A stretch of DNA of 64,000 nt from an uncultured Pelagibacteraceae bacterium. Its GTDB lineage: Bacteria > Pseudomonadota > Alphaproteobacteria > Pelagibacterales > Pelagibacteraceae. A program made the position numbers and the translations under genes. Positions 29,275-40,177 of the stretch are shown here, one piece after another (within the stretch, counting starts at the first letter, position 1; every line of letters starts with the position of its first letter). The DNA is taken from NCBI GenBank assembly GCA_902565385.1, contig CACFEW010000001.1, forward strand, positions 64,361-128,360, given 5' to 3'. The notes beneath the pieces are model-generated. The model saw only the letters and a program-made list of their open reading frames with translations. It searched no databases and was not told the origin of the DNA.

Positions 29275-30786
29275 TTATCTTGAATTATTTGAGTAAATTA
29301 CTCTTGGTTCTAAAAATAATTCTCTAGCAAGAGCTTTAAATCTTTTAGTAACTTGTTTTGAGATTATTTCTTGATGTTGTGATGGAATTTTTAAAAATAC
29401 AGCATTACCTCTTTTATACAATTTAAACTCTTCAAGAAATATCGTAGATATCGAGGTCAATGATTGTGAAAATCTCAATGCTGCTCCAACTTGTTTGCTT
29501 GAAAAAATTTCATTATTATTTAAAAAAGTTAGATACTCCATCTTTGGATTATACTTGATACTACAGTACCGCCAATAACATGACAAAGCTAATTGTATTC
29601 TTTCTTTATGAGTCAATCTAAGTAAAGGAGTATTTATTGTTTCTTGAAATACCAATTCAGCTTTTTGAAATGCTCCTAATCCCCAATCCATATGACTTAA
29701 TACACATGCCAGATATAATAATTTCTTATTAAAATGTTCATTGCCTTCAAAAACTGGCTGAATAAAATCATAATATTTTTTATAGTTCGATCCTAGATCA
29801 CCTCTTTTTTTTGCAATATTCTCAAGTGCTTTATGAAAAATTTCTGATTCTTTTACATCTTTAAAATAGTCAATTGATAAAGAACCTTCACGCAAACCGC
29901 TTATAGAACAAATTATATTTCTTGGATTTGTAACTCTCATAATTTCATCAAGTATAATGCAACTATAAGGTAAATACGCTGTTCTAGATTTTGAAATATA
30001 CTCAACTGTTTTAAGTTTAGATTTATTAAAAGATGAAATTTTTTCAACAAACTTAGATAAAACATTGTTATCAATACTATATTGATGAATTATATGTACC
30101 GGATGATTATTTTGAAAAAGATGTAATTTAAATAATGCTCGCCAGGTACCTCCAACTAAATATAGATTATTAAATTTCTTTTTTGAAAGCCATTTTTCTT
30201 CCCTTAATAATTTTTTGATATATTTTGCTAAATTTCTTTTTTTAACTATAGGATTATTTAATAATCTTAAAACTCCAATAGGTAATGAGGTTTTATTAGT
30301 AACTATATTATTTTCAACTCGAGCTAATTCTAAACTTCCACCTCCAAGATCAGCAACTAATCCATTGACATTTTCAAAGCCTATTTTTACTCCCTCAGCT
30401 GAGCATTCAGCTTCTTCTTCACCAGATAATATATTAATCTTAGTTTTAAAAAGTTTTTCAACTTCATTAATAAATGGTTTTGTATCAGTCGCTTCTCTTA
30501 AAACTGCTGTTGCAATGATTTTAAGATTTGTGATTTTTGAAACATTTAAAATTTCAGAGAATCTTTTTAAAACTTTTAAAGCATATTCGGTACCAGATCT
30601 GTGAAGTTTTTTGGATTTATCTAAATTTTTTCCAAGTTCACAAACTGCTTTTTCATTAAAAAAAGGCACACGAGAAGAACTGAAATCTTCATAAATTAGC
30701 ATTCTTATAGAGTTTGATCCAATGTCTATTATAGCTAATTTTGCCTGATTTAATTTTAAACTATTTTTACTTTTAATTACTTCCAC
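29275..30786 (-). CDS. ppx: exopolyphosphatase Ppx/GppA
   Basis: IDIGSNSIR, ATAVLREA, GEEEA, DLGGGSLE, GLREG. Confidence 0.95.
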   Translation of the reverse strand: MEVIKSKNSLKLNQAKLAIIDIGSNSIRMLIYEDFSSSRVPFFNEKAVCELGKNLDKSKKLHRSGTEYALKVLKRFSEILNVSKITNLKIIATAVLREATDTKPFINEVEKLFKTKINILSGEEEAECSAEGVKIGFENVNGLVADLGGGSLELARVENNIVTNKTSLPIGVLRLLNNPIVKKRNLAKYIKKLLREEKWLSKKKFNNLYLVGGTWRALFKLHLFQNNHPVHIIHQYSIDNNVLSKFVEKISSFNKSKLKTVEYISKSRTAYLPYSCIILDEIMRVTNPRNIICSISGLREGSLSIDYFKDVKESEIFHKALENIAKKRGDLGSNYKKYYDFIQPVFEGNEHFNKKLLYLACVLSHMDWGLGAFQKAELVFQETINTPLLRLTHKERIQLALSCYWRYCSIKYNPKMEYLTFLNNNEIFSSKQVGAALRFSQSLTSISTIFLEEFKLYKRGNAVFLKIPSQHQEIISKQVTKRFKALARELFLEPRVIYSNNSR

Positions 30787-32929
30787 TTTTAATCAATCTT
30801 AAGTGCAGTTGTTTAGGCTGCATTCTTAGTTTAGCTTTACCTCTTCCAGATAAGCTCGGATTATTCATAAAATATTCATGAGCTGAAAAGGAATCGCTCT
30901 TACTATATTTAATTTTTTTATAATTACCATCAGCTTCAAGTTCCCAGCTCTGATTAGTATCAAGATAATTTGCCAACATTATTTGATCTAAGATCTGTTC
31001 ATGAACAGTCTCATTTTCAATTGGGACTAGAAGTTCTACCCTTCGATTTAAATTTCTCGGCATTAAATCAGCTGACGAAATATATACTTTTGCATTTCTA
31101 TTAGGCATTTTTTTTGTACCATTACTAAAGCAGTAAATTCTAGAATGCTCTAAAAATCTTCCTATGATACTTTTTACAAATATGTTTTCTGATCTATCTT
31201 TTACTCCTGGTCTTAAACAACAAACACCCCTTACAAATAAATGAATTTTTACACCAGCATTTGAAGCTTCATAAAATTTATCAATAATTTCTGGATCTAC
31301 TAAAGAGTTCATTTTTGCCCAAATAGCTGCAAATTTTCCATTTTTAGAATTTTTAATTTCAGCATCAATATTTTCATTTAAGGTTTGCCTCATATTTACT
31401 GGCGAAATAGAAATTTTATTTAAATTTTTTGGTTTTGCGTATCCTGTTACATAATTGAAAAACTTTTCAACATCTGATGCCATTTTCTTATCACAACTAA
31501 ATAAAGACAAATCAGTATAAATTTTAGCATTTACTGGATGATAATTGCCAGTTCCTAAATGAAAATAAGTTTGTATTTTACCCTGTTCTCTTCTTAAAAC
31601 TAATGATGATTTTGCATGAGTTTTATATTTAGCAAAACCATAAACAATTTGAACACCTACTTTTTCTAAACTTCTTGATAGTTGAATATTAGCTTCCTCA
31701 TCAAATCTAGCTTTAATTTCAATTAAAGCGGTAACTGTTTTACCGTTTTCTGCAGCTGTTATTAAAGCTTTAACAATAGGTGAGTCTAGAGTTGTTCTAT
31801 ATAGAGTTTGTTTTATAGCTATAACTTTTTTATCATTTGCTGCTTGGTTTAAAAATTCAATTACTGAGTCAAATGTTTCGAAAGGATGATGAACAACTAA
31901 ATCTTTCTTTTTAATAGTTTCAAAAAAATTATCATTATATTCTTTTAATCTTTCAACTTCTCTAGGTGTAAAATGTTTAAATCTTAATTTTGGATTTTTT
32001 ACTTTACATATTTGATCTATATCTTGAATTCCAACAAGGCCAGCAACATCATAAATATAGTCAGGATTTATATCTAATTTATTAGTTATAAATCTTATCA
32101 ATTCGTTATCACTATTTTCAAGAACCTCTAAACGAACAATATCACCCGTTCTACGTCTTTTTAAAGCCAATTCAAAAGATCTAACCAAATCTTCTGCTTC
32201 CTCTTGAATCTCTACATCGCTGTCTCTTATTACTCTAAAAATCATTTTCTTTTCTAAATCATGATCTGGAAAAATTTCATTAGCAAAAAAACTTATTACA
32301 TCATCTAGAATCACAAATTTCTTATGATTTTTTGAAGACTCAATTTCAATAAATCTAGATAATGCTTTTGGTATTACTATTATTGAGTTTAAAATCCTTT
32401 TTTTATTTTTTTTTCTTAACTTCATTACAATTGCTCTTCCTTGATTGATTATAAATGGAAATGGATGTGCAGGATCAATTGCTGATGGTGTTAATAAAGG
32501 GTAAATCTCTTCTTTAAATATTTCTAAAAGTTTTTTTTTATCCTTAGTATTTAAATTAACTGGTTTAACTAAATTGATATTATTTTTTTTTAATTCCATA
32601 ATCAGTTGAATAAAAATTTTGTTCTGTTTTTTTAATAGATTCTTAGTTTCAAGCACTACCTCGTCCATTTGCTCTTCAGGTGTCAAACCATCAGAGCTTA
32701 GTGAGTCAACTTCTTGTTTTATTTGACTATATAACCCAGCAACACGGACCATAAAAAATTCATCTAGATTAGACCCAGCAATTGATAAAAACTTTACTCT
32801 TTCATAAAGAGGATTTTCGATATTTTGCGCCTCTAAAAGTACTCTATCGTTGAATTTTAACCAAGAAAGCTCTCTATTTATATATTTAGATTTCAGCTCT
32901 TCTTTATGTTGTTTTTTTAAAGCAGTCAT
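30773..32929 (-). CDS. ppk1: polyphosphate kinase 1
   Basis: NRELSWLKFNDRVL, SNLDEFFMVRV, KTHAK, HLGTGNY, GRFLEHSR, SSADLM. Confidence 0.97.
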   Translation of the reverse strand: MTALKKQHKEELKSKYINRELSWLKFNDRVLLEAQNIENPLYERVKFLSIAGSNLDEFFMVRVAGLYSQIKQEVDSLSSDGLTPEEQMDEVVLETKNLLKKQNKIFIQLIMELKKNNINLVKPVNLNTKDKKKLLEIFKEEIYPLLTPSAIDPAHPFPFIINQGRAIVMKLRKKNKKRILNSIIVIPKALSRFIEIESSKNHKKFVILDDVISFFANEIFPDHDLEKKMIFRVIRDSDVEIQEEAEDLVRSFELALKRRRTGDIVRLEVLENSDNELIRFITNKLDINPDYIYDVAGLVGIQDIDQICKVKNPKLRFKHFTPREVERLKEYNDNFFETIKKKDLVVHHPFETFDSVIEFLNQAANDKKVIAIKQTLYRTTLDSPIVKALITAAENGKTVTALIEIKARFDEEANIQLSRSLEKVGVQIVYGFAKYKTHAKSSLVLRREQGKIQTYFHLGTGNYHPVNAKIYTDLSLFSCDKKMASDVEKFFNYVTGYAKPKNLNKISISPVNMRQTLNENIDAEIKNSKNGKFAAIWAKMNSLVDPEIIDKFYEASNAGVKIHLFVRGVCCLRPGVKDRSENIFVKSIIGRFLEHSRIYCFSNGTKKMPNRNAKVYISSADLMPRNLNRRVELLVPIENETVHEQILDQIMLANYLDTNQSWELEADGNYKKIKYSKSDSFSAHEYFMNNPSLSGRGKAKLRMQPKQLHLRLIKSGSN

Positions 32930-32942
32930 ATATTTAGATTTT

Positions 32943-33467
32943 ATGTATCAATTATACGTCATGAGACACGCAAAATCTAGTTGGGATGATTTAAGTATTA
33001 ATGATTTTGATAGACCACTTACTAAAAGAGGCAAGAAAAATGCAAAAATGATTTGTGAATTTTTTGTTAAAAAAAAATTTGAATTTGATTATGCATTAAT
33101 TTCATCATCAAAAAGAACAAAAAAAACTTTTCAAATTTTATCCAAGAAAATTAATAAGCCAAAAAAAGTTAATTTTTCAAAAGATTTATATTTAGTTGAT
33201 GAGAATGCAATTGTAAAAAAAATTAAAGAAATATCCAGTGAATATAAATCAATTTTGATTATAAACCATGAACCATCAGTGAAAAATTTAGTACGAAATC
33301 TTACAAAAAATCATAATACGAATAATTTTAAACTAATGAATTATAAATTCCCAACAGCAGCATTTGCAAAAATTGAGTTTGATATTAAATCATGGAATGA
33401 AGTTGAGAAAAAGGGAGTATTAAAAAAATTTATAAGACCCAAAGATCTTCAAGATTCTAAAGAATAA
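32943..33467 (+). CDS. sixA: SixA-like histidine phosphatase
   Basis: MRHAKSSW, DRPLTKRG, RTKKT, NHEP, FPTA; real start likely ATG 32943. Confidence 0.85.
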   Translation: MYQLYVMRHAKSSWDDLSINDFDRPLTKRGKKNAKMICEFFVKKKFEFDYALISSSKRTKKTFQILSKKINKPKKVNFSKDLYLVDENAIVKKIKEISSEYKSILIINHEPSVKNLVRNLTKNHNTNNFKLMNYKFPTAAFAKIEFDIKSWNEVEKKGVLKKFIRPKDLQDSKE

Positions 33468-34132
33468 CCAGCTGATCTTACTGTTCTAATTAAAGGTTTT
33501 GTATTTTGTATGTTAATTGCTTGTCTTAATCTTCTAATATGAACATCAACTGTTCTAGACTCAACATATATATTTTCTCCCCAAACATTGTTTAAGAGTT
33601 GTTCTCTTGAATAAACTCTTTTTGGATTTTTGATAAAAAAATCTAAGAGTTTAAATTCAGTTGGACCCAAAGTAATTTCTTTATCTTTTCTATAAACTCT
33701 TTTTGTAATCCGATCTATTTTTAAATCAGTAAATTCTACAATGTCTGATGATGATTGAGGTTTAGATCTTCTCAATAAAGATTTAATTCTAGCATTCAAT
33801 TCTTTTTGACTAAAAGGTTTAGTTACATAATCATCTGCACCTGTATCAAATGCTTTTAATTTGTCTTCTTCCTCCCCTTTTGCAGTTAACATAATGACAG
33901 GAATATCATTAAACTTATTATCTTTTTTTAAGTTTTTACAAATTTCAACACCAGATAATTCTGGTAACATCCAATCCATTAATATTAAATCTGGCTGTTT
34001 TAATTTTATTTGTTTAAAAGCATCTTCTCCATTTTCTGAATGACTGACTTTATAACCTTCTTTTTCAAGATTGTACTTTAACAAACTAACAATTGATGCT
34101 TCATCTTCAGCTATGAAAACATGAGCTGACAT
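33449..34132 (-). CDS. phoB: phosphate regulon response regulator
   Basis: MDWMLP receiver, LGPTEFKLL, SRTVDVHIRRLR; follows phoU. Confidence 0.96.
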   Translation of the reverse strand: MSAHVFIAEDEASIVSLLKYNLEKEGYKVSHSENGEDAFKQIKLKQPDLILMDWMLPELSGVEICKNLKKDNKFNDIPVIMLTAKGEEEDKLKAFDTGADDYVTKPFSQKELNARIKSLLRRSKPQSSSDIVEFTDLKIDRITKRVYRKDKEITLGPTEFKLLDFFIKNPKRVYSREQLLNNVWGENIYVESRTVDVHIRRLRQAINIQNTKPLIRTVRSAGYSLES

Positions 34133-34135
34133 AAA

Positions 34136-34843
34136 TCATTTTTCTCCGGTTACAATTGGCTCTGTTCCCTTGGGTCTATCACCTTCTAAATATTCGCCTT
34201 TAACTAAATAATAAACTTGTTCTGCAACATTTGTAGTATGATCACCAATACGCTCTATGTTTTTAGTTACAAACAATAAATGGGTTCCATCTTCTAAATT
34301 TTTTTCATTTTCTTTAAGATATTTTATAACTTCTTGCATACAAAGATTTGTTAGATCATCTATTTGCTCATCACCTTCCCAAACATTTACTGCCATTGGC
34401 GCAGATCTTTCTAGATAAGCATCTAATGTTGATTTTAATTGTTTTTGAACATTGGTAGATACTCTATTCAATGAGTCTACCAAGTTCTTTGGAAGATTTT
34501 CGTTAAGCAAAAGTGTTCTCTTGGATATATTTTTTGCTAAATCACCTATTCTTTCTAAATCTGAAGACATTTTCAAAGCCGTTACTGTCTCTCTTAAATC
34601 AATTGCCATAGGTTGTCTTAAAGCAATTAAATTCACAACTTGCTGTTCAATTAAAGTCTCATATTTATCTATTTTTTCATCTTCTTGAATAACAGCTTCT
34701 GCAATATTATTATCTCTTGTTGTAATGGCTTGAATTGCTTTACCTAAAGAATCTTCACATGCACTTCCCATTTTAATTATATTAGCATTAAGATTTTTTA
34801 GTTCTTCTTCGTAAGATTTGACTGTATGTGGTGCTTCAGACAT
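34136..34843 (-). CDS. phoU: phosphate signalling protein PhoU
   Basis: RQPMAIDLR, DLERIGD, NIERIGDH. Confidence 0.96.
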   Translation of the reverse strand: MSEAPHTVKSYEEELKNLNANIIKMGSACEDSLGKAIQAITTRDNNIAEAVIQEDEKIDKYETLIEQQVVNLIALRQPMAIDLRETVTALKMSSDLERIGDLAKNISKRTLLLNENLPKNLVDSLNRVSTNVQKQLKSTLDAYLERSAPMAVNVWEGDEQIDDLTNLCMQEVIKYLKENEKNLEDGTHLLFVTKNIERIGDHTTNVAEQVYYLVKGEYLEGDRPKGTEPIVTGEK

Positions 34844-35598
34844 TATCCAAACCTCCCTGTTATATAATCTTGCGTTTTTTTATTATCAGGATTCTTAAAT
34901 ATTTTATCAGTAGATCCATGTTCAATCAATTGACCTAAATGAAAAAAACCTGTATTTTGAGAAACACGTGCTGCTTGAGCCATAGAATGAGTTACAATTA
35001 TTATTGTGTGCTCTTTTTTTAACTCATCAATCAATTCTTCAATTTGTGCTGTTGCTATTGGATCTAATGCTGAACAAGGTTCATCCATTAATATAACTTC
35101 AGGTCTTACAGAAATCGCTCTAGCAATACAAAGTCTTTGCTGTTGTCCTCCAGATAATCCAGTTCCAGGTTCATGCAACCTATCTTTTACCTCTTCCCAT
35201 AGTGCAGCCTTTTTCAAACTAGTTTCAACAATTTCATCCATTTCTTGTTTTGATTGAGCCATACCATGGATTGTTGGACCGTAAGACACATTTTCATATA
35301 AAGTTTTTGGGAAAGGATTGGGTTTTTGAAAAACCATACCAATTTTTTCTCTTAGTCTTACGACATCACAACTTTTATCATTGATATTAAAATCATTAAT
35401 TAAAATTTCTCCTTTAACACTACAGATATCAATTACATCATTCATTCTATTAAGACATCTTAGGAAAGTTGATTTACCACAACCAGATGGACCAATTAAT
35501 GCCGTTACTTGATTTTCCTCAATATCTAAACTTATATTAAAGAGCGCTTGTTTTTTTCCATAAAAAACATCAACATCTTTTGCTTTAATCTTTATCAT
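34843..35598 (-). CDS. pstB: phosphate ABC transporter ATPase
   Basis: [23 protein letters not shown]; start taken at 35598 (ORF track extends to 35619). Confidence 0.96.
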   Translation of the reverse strand: MIKIKAKDVDVFYGKKQALFNISLDIEENQVTALIGPSGCGKSTFLRCLNRMNDVIDICSVKGEILINDFNINDKSCDVVRLREKIGMVFQKPNPFPKTLYENVSYGPTIHGMAQSKQEMDEIVETSLKKAALWEEVKDRLHEPGTGLSGGQQQRLCIARAISVRPEVILMDEPCSALDPIATAQIEELIDELKKEHTIIIVTHSMAQAARVSQNTGFFHLGQLIEHGSTDKIFKNPDNKKTQDYITGRFG

Positions 35599-35599
35599 T

Positions 35600-36868
35600 T
35601 TAACTCCATTTTTTCTCAAACTTATGTCTTATTATTTGGGCAAATAAATTCATTATTATTAAAAAGCCAAGTAAGACCATTATACATGCCGAAACTTTTT
35701 CTACAAATCCCCTTTCAGCACTTTCAGCCCAAATATAAATTTGAACTGGTAAGCTTGCAGCAGGATCCATGGGTGATCCAGGTATCGTGTTAACAAAAGC
35801 AACCATTCCAATTAAAATTAAGGGTGCAGTTTCTCCTAAAGCTTGAGCTAAACCAATTATTGTTCCTGATAACGTGCCAGGCATAGAAAGAGGAACTGTA
35901 TGATGCATTGTGGTTTGCATTCGACTTGCTCCCATAGCAAGTGCTGCCTCTCTTATACTTGGTGGAACTGCTTTTAAAGATGCTCTAGCAGCTATAATTA
36001 TTGTTGGTAAAGTCATTAAGGACAAAGTGATACCTCCAACTAATGGGGTAGACCTTGGTAAATGAAATATAGCCAATAAAACTCCTAACCCTAATAGACC
36101 AAAAACTATAGATGGAACCGCTGCTAAGTTGTTTATATTAACTTCAATAAAATCAGTAAATCTATTTTTAGGGGCAAATTCTTCAAGATAGATTGCAGCT
36201 AGAACCGCAACAGGAAAAGCTATCATTAAACAAACAAGTATAGAAAAAATTGAGCCCATAAATGAACTTGCTATTCCAGCTAGCTCAGCTTCTCTTGAGT
36301 CAGCATTTGTAAAAAAACTTATATTAAATTTACTTTCAACCTTACCATTTGCAACAAGTTGATCAAAAATTTTTAATTGATAATCGCTTACTCTTCTTTG
36401 GTCTTCAGGTAAATCTCTTGGATAATTTCCTTTAAAGACTTGGTCTAAATCATCTGAAGCAGTTAGATAAACTTCCTTTGTTTTTCCTATTAAATTAGGG
36501 TCATTTAAAAGTTCATTTTTAATTTCTTTTTCAAAAAAATAAGACACCATTCTCTTCAATTCATTTTCTTGATCTTCATTGGCGTTTGGATCTAAATCAG
36601 CCATTGATTTTAATGCTATATCGTAATAATCAGCGTCCTGTAAATCTTCTTTAGAAGGATTTTGGTCTAGCATCATTAATTCAGCATCGAAAGTTACTGG
36701 AACAATAAGCCATGTTTTTTGAAAAGCTGAATAGCCAGTTGAAAAAATTTTAAAAATAAAGATTGTTAAAAATAAAAGTGCCATAAAAATTGCACTCAGA
36801 CCGTATAAGCGAAATCGCTGTTCAGCTTTATATCTTTTATTTAATAATTGTTCTTTATTTTTATTCAT
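35600..36868 (-). CDS. pstA: phosphate ABC transporter permease
   Basis: [21 protein letters not shown]. Confidence 0.96.
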   Translation of the reverse strand: MNKNKEQLLNKRYKAEQRFRLYGLSAIFMALLFLTIFIFKIFSTGYSAFQKTWLIVPVTFDAELMMLDQNPSKEDLQDADYYDIALKSMADLDPNANEDQENELKRMVSYFFEKEIKNELLNDPNLIGKTKEVYLTASDDLDQVFKGNYPRDLPEDQRRVSDYQLKIFDQLVANGKVESKFNISFFTNADSREAELAGIASSFMGSIFSILVCLMIAFPVAVLAAIYLEEFAPKNRFTDFIEVNINNLAAVPSIVFGLLGLGVLLAIFHLPRSTPLVGGITLSLMTLPTIIIAARASLKAVPPSIREAALAMGASRMQTTMHHTVPLSMPGTLSGTIIGLAQALGETAPLILIGMVAFVNTIPGSPMDPAASLPVQIYIWAESAERGFVEKVSACIMVLLGFLIIMNLFAQIIRHKFEKKWS

Positions 36869-38246
36869 ATTTTTCTCTATATTTTTTAACTACTCTCAAG
36901 GCCACAATATTTAAACAAAGTGTTACTAAAAATAATGACATACCTAAAGCAAAAGCAGCTTGCGTTTTTGGGTCGCCAAAAGCTTGGTCACCAATTAGAA
37001 TAACTACAATTTGAGCTGTAATCGTTGAAGTAGACTCTAAAGGATTTAAAGTTAAATTAGCAGCTAAACCAGAGGCCATAACAACTATCATTGTTTCTCC
37101 AATAGCTCTTGAAACACCAAGTAAAATAGATCCAACTATCCCCGGCAATGCCGCGGGAAAAATAACTCTCTTAATTGTTTCTGATTTAGTTGCTCCCATA
37201 GCGTAACTTCCATCTCTTAAATTTTGAGGCACACTTGTAATTACATCGTCACTTAAACTTGAAATAAATGGTATAATCATAATGCCCATTACCCCTCCTG
37301 CTGCTAAAGCACTTTCAGCTGAAACTTCAAGACCCATTGAAGTTCCTAATTCTTTCAAAAATGGTCCAACAGTTAGGGCAGCAAAAAAACCATAAACAAC
37401 TGTTGGTATACCAGCTAAAATTTCAATTAATGGTTTTGCATATTGTCTAACTTTAGTTGATGCATATTCAGCTAAATAAATTCCACTCATTAATCCAATT
37501 GGGATAGCAACGCACATAGCAATAAATGCAATAAAAAAAGTACCTGCAAAAATAGGGACTGCTCCAAAAGTATCTGAATACATTGTCGGATCTAAAGCCT
37601 CAGAAGAATCTCTAACAAAAGCTTTTGCTGGATACCAGTGAGTTCCAAAGACAAAATCAAATAATGGAATTACTTTAAAAAAATCTATAGTTTGAAATAT
37701 AAGTGAGAAAACTATTCCAACAGTAGTTAATATTGCAGCTAAAGAAGCTGTAAATAAAACTGCGTTCAAAAATTTTTCAACTGGTTCTCTTGTTCTAGAA
37801 TTAGATGAAATTCTTTTATACGCATAAGCAACAGAGGCAATAATTGCAGATAATACTATAACAACTTTTGAACTTTGAGCTATTGATCGAAGACTTAAAT
37901 ATTTTTCAGCTGAAGCTTCAATAAAAGGTGTAATTTCTCCAGTGAATTGCCCTCGAGACAATGCTTTTGATTTTTCGTATAATAAATTTAATTCATCATC
38001 AAGATAACCTTGATTTGAATAATCACTTAAGATTAATAGTTTTACAATTGTGGGCTCAAAAATTGCCCATAATGAAAAAATTATAAAGGCTGGTATTGCA
38101 CACCAGATTGCAAGATAATAACCATAAAATTGTGGTAATGCGGTTAATCTTTTTTTTGTAGATTGAATTGTATATGCTTTTTTGCGTCCAAAATAATAGC
38201 TTGTGAAACCTAGAAGAACAATAAATGTAAATAATATTAAGTTCAC
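36861..38246 (-). CDS. pstC: phosphate ABC transporter permease
   Basis: EILAGIPTVVYG, SRAIGETMIV; GTG start with AAGGAG RBS. Confidence 0.96.
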   Translation of the reverse strand: MNLILFTFIVLLGFTSYYFGRKKAYTIQSTKKRLTALPQFYGYYLAIWCAIPAFIIFSLWAIFEPTIVKLLILSDYSNQGYLDDELNLLYEKSKALSRGQFTGEITPFIEASAEKYLSLRSIAQSSKVVIVLSAIIASVAYAYKRISSNSRTREPVEKFLNAVLFTASLAAILTTVGIVFSLIFQTIDFFKVIPLFDFVFGTHWYPAKAFVRDSSEALDPTMYSDTFGAVPIFAGTFFIAFIAMCVAIPIGLMSGIYLAEYASTKVRQYAKPLIEILAGIPTVVYGFFAALTVGPFLKELGTSMGLEVSAESALAAGGVMGIMIIPFISSLSDDVITSVPQNLRDGSYAMGATKSETIKRVIFPAALPGIVGSILLGVSRAIGETMIVVMASGLAANLTLNPLESTSTITAQIVVILIGDQAFGDPKTQAAFALGMSLFLVTLCLNIVALRVVKKYREKYE

Positions 38247-38281
38247 AGAATCTCCTTAAGTGAGGACTTTACTCTTTTTTT

Positions 38282-38313
38282 AAAAAAAAGGGGTCTAAAA
38301 AGACCCCCTTTTT
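38282..38313 (-). terminator. intrinsic terminator/stabilising hairpin after pstS
   Basis: GGGGTCT-TTTT-AGACCCC followed by T8. Confidence 0.85.
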
Positions 38314-38337
38314 AATCATTTGTTAACTGAGGAATAA

Positions 38338-39369
38338 TTAATTACCCATAGCAACTAGCTTCGTAGCATTAGTTCTAGTTGTTTTATACAACTTAGAGTC
38401 TAATGGCACTAAACCAATGTCTGCTAAGTAACCCCCTTTTCCAATAGCTTTCTTAGTTGTGAATTCTTTCACAAACTCATGTAAGCCTGGAATTACTCCA
38501 ACGTGTGCTTTTTTCACGTAGAAGAATAAAGGTCTAGCAACAGCATAACTGTAGTCTTGAATAGACTTTAATGACGGTTGTCCACCATCAATACTTGCTG
38601 CTTGCAATTTATCTTTTGCAGCTAAGAAATAACTGAAACCAAAGAAACCAAACATTTCTTTATCTTGAGTTAACTTTTGGATGATTAAACTATCGTTTTC
38701 TCCAACTTCAATAGCAGCACCATCTTCTCTGTAAAGTTTTTGAGGTTTTTTGTATTTTTTATTTCCAGCTTCAAAACCAGCTTTATAAAGAGCTTTAGCT
38801 TCTTTAGTCATACCTTTTTTCATTACTAAAGAATTCCAAGCATCTCTAGTTCCTGATGTTCCTGGTGGGATCATCACTGAAATTTTTTGTTTTGGTAAGC
38901 TAGGGTCAATTTGGTCCCAAGTTTTATAAATATTTGGAACTAATTTACCATCAACAACTGTATGAGCAGCAAGTGCTAAATATAATTGTTCTTTAGTAAA
39001 GTTTACTGGTTTTGCATCTTTGCTGTAAGCTAATGTAATACCATCGTTACCAATTACGATCTCAACGATATCATTAACACCATTTTTCTTACATAGAGCT
39101 TTTTCTTTATCTTTCATAGCTCTTGATGCATTTGTAATATCTGGATGTTGTTCACCTACACCAGCACAGAATAGTTTAGCTCCACCACCAGTACCAGTAG
39201 ACTCGATTACAGGAGTTTTAAATCCTGAACCACCAAATCTTTCAGCAACAACTGTTGCATAAGGGAATACTGTAGAAGAACCAACTATCTTAATTTGATC
39301 TCTTGCTTGAGCAACAGTTGCAATTGAAAGTGCAACTAAAGAAGCAATTACTATAGTTAGTTTTTTCAT
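38338..39369 (-). CDS. pstS: phosphate ABC transporter substrate-binding protein
   Basis: Signal peptide, IVGSSTVFP, ESTGTGGG, SGTRD, ARPLFFY. Confidence 0.96.
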   Translation of the reverse strand: MKKLTIVIASLVALSIATVAQARDQIKIVGSSTVFPYATVVAERFGGSGFKTPVIESTGTGGGAKLFCAGVGEQHPDITNASRAMKDKEKALCKKNGVNDIVEIVIGNDGITLAYSKDAKPVNFTKEQLYLALAAHTVVDGKLVPNIYKTWDQIDPSLPKQKISVMIPPGTSGTRDAWNSLVMKKGMTKEAKALYKAGFEAGNKKYKKPQKLYREDGAAIEVGENDSLIIQKLTQDKEMFGFFGFSYFLAAKDKLQAASIDGGQPSLKSIQDYSYAVARPLFFYVKKAHVGVIPGLHEFVKEFTTKKAIGKGGYLADIGLVPLDSKLYKTTRTNATKLVAMGN

Positions 39370-39439
39370 TATCTTTAATCCTTTCGTAATTTATTAATTA
39401 AAAGATGATTGACTCGTATAAATTTATTGAATCTTTAAT

Positions 39440-39468
39440 ATTACAGAATTGTTACACTTTTGTTAAAA
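39440..39468 (-). promoter_or_regulatory. Pho box upstream of pstS
   Basis: TTTTAAC-AAAA-GTGTAAC-AATT-CTGTAAT; 11-bp period, similar to CTGTCAT-N4-CTGTCAY. Confidence 0.75.
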
Positions 39469-39478
39469 AAGTAACTTT

Positions 39479-40087
39479 TTAGTTGTATTTTTTTGATATA
39501 ATTATTTGATCAATATCAGTTTCTAAGCCACCAATACATGAAACAGGGTTTACCTGTTCATTAAGAGCTAGTTCTTTTGTTGGACGTAAAGTTATTTCTA
39601 GTTTTACTAAGTTTACTAATTCCTCTCTAATTTCTTCATCATATCTCCAGCTTGGCCATGAACTTGGGGTTGAAAATATAGAGGTTAAATAGCTTGTAGC
39701 CATAGTATATCTATAATTACTCAAATTTTCATTCCTCAATAAAAAATCTCTTACAGAATTAAAAATATTCCTACATCTAAAAGAATCTGAAAAATAATTT
39801 TCCTTCTTGAGATTTCTATTCATAGGAACAGAAACAATTAAATCAATTGAATTTTTAGAATACGAGGTAACTACGTCTGTATAAAATTCAGCTTCAGTAA
39901 CTTCTAAATGATCTTTAATAGAAGGATATGAAGTTTTCAAATCTGCCTCTAATCTAAAAATTCCAATATCAAAAACTGTAAGTTGCTGATTTCTTAATAA
40001 TGTTGTGATATCTTTAGAAAAAACACTTGTTGTTATAGAGCTTAATAAAAAAGCAAAAATCAAAATATTTTTAAATATTTTAACCAT
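39479..40087 (-). CDS. hypothetical exported protein
   Basis: 202 aa, signal peptide ending VFS/K, two Cys; lies between phoR and pstS. Confidence 0.75.
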   Translation of the reverse strand: MVKIFKNILIFAFLLSSITTSVFSKDITTLLRNQQLTVFDIGIFRLEADLKTSYPSIKDHLEVTEAEFYTDVVTSYSKNSIDLIVSVPMNRNLKKENYFSDSFRCRNIFNSVRDFLLRNENLSNYRYTMATSYLTSIFSTPSSWPSWRYDEEIREELVNLVKLEITLRPTKELALNEQVNPVSCIGGLETDIDQIIISKKYN

Positions 40088-40104
40088 ATAAAAAATTAAT
40101 TAAA

Positions 40105-40138
40105 AGATTAACATTAATCAAGTAAAGAATTGTTAAAA
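40105..40138 (-). promoter_or_regulatory. Pho-type promoter of the exported hypothetical protein
   Basis: TTTTAAC-AATT-CTTTACT, then exactly 10 nt, then TAATCT. Confidence 0.45.
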
Positions 40139-40177
40139 AAACCTTCTAAAACTATTACAATATAATATTTTTTAAAT

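Noticed and set aside
32850-32942. N-terminal extension of sixA overlapping ppk1
   Set aside because: The RH motif starts just after Met at 32943; the upstream part is antisense ppk1 sequence.
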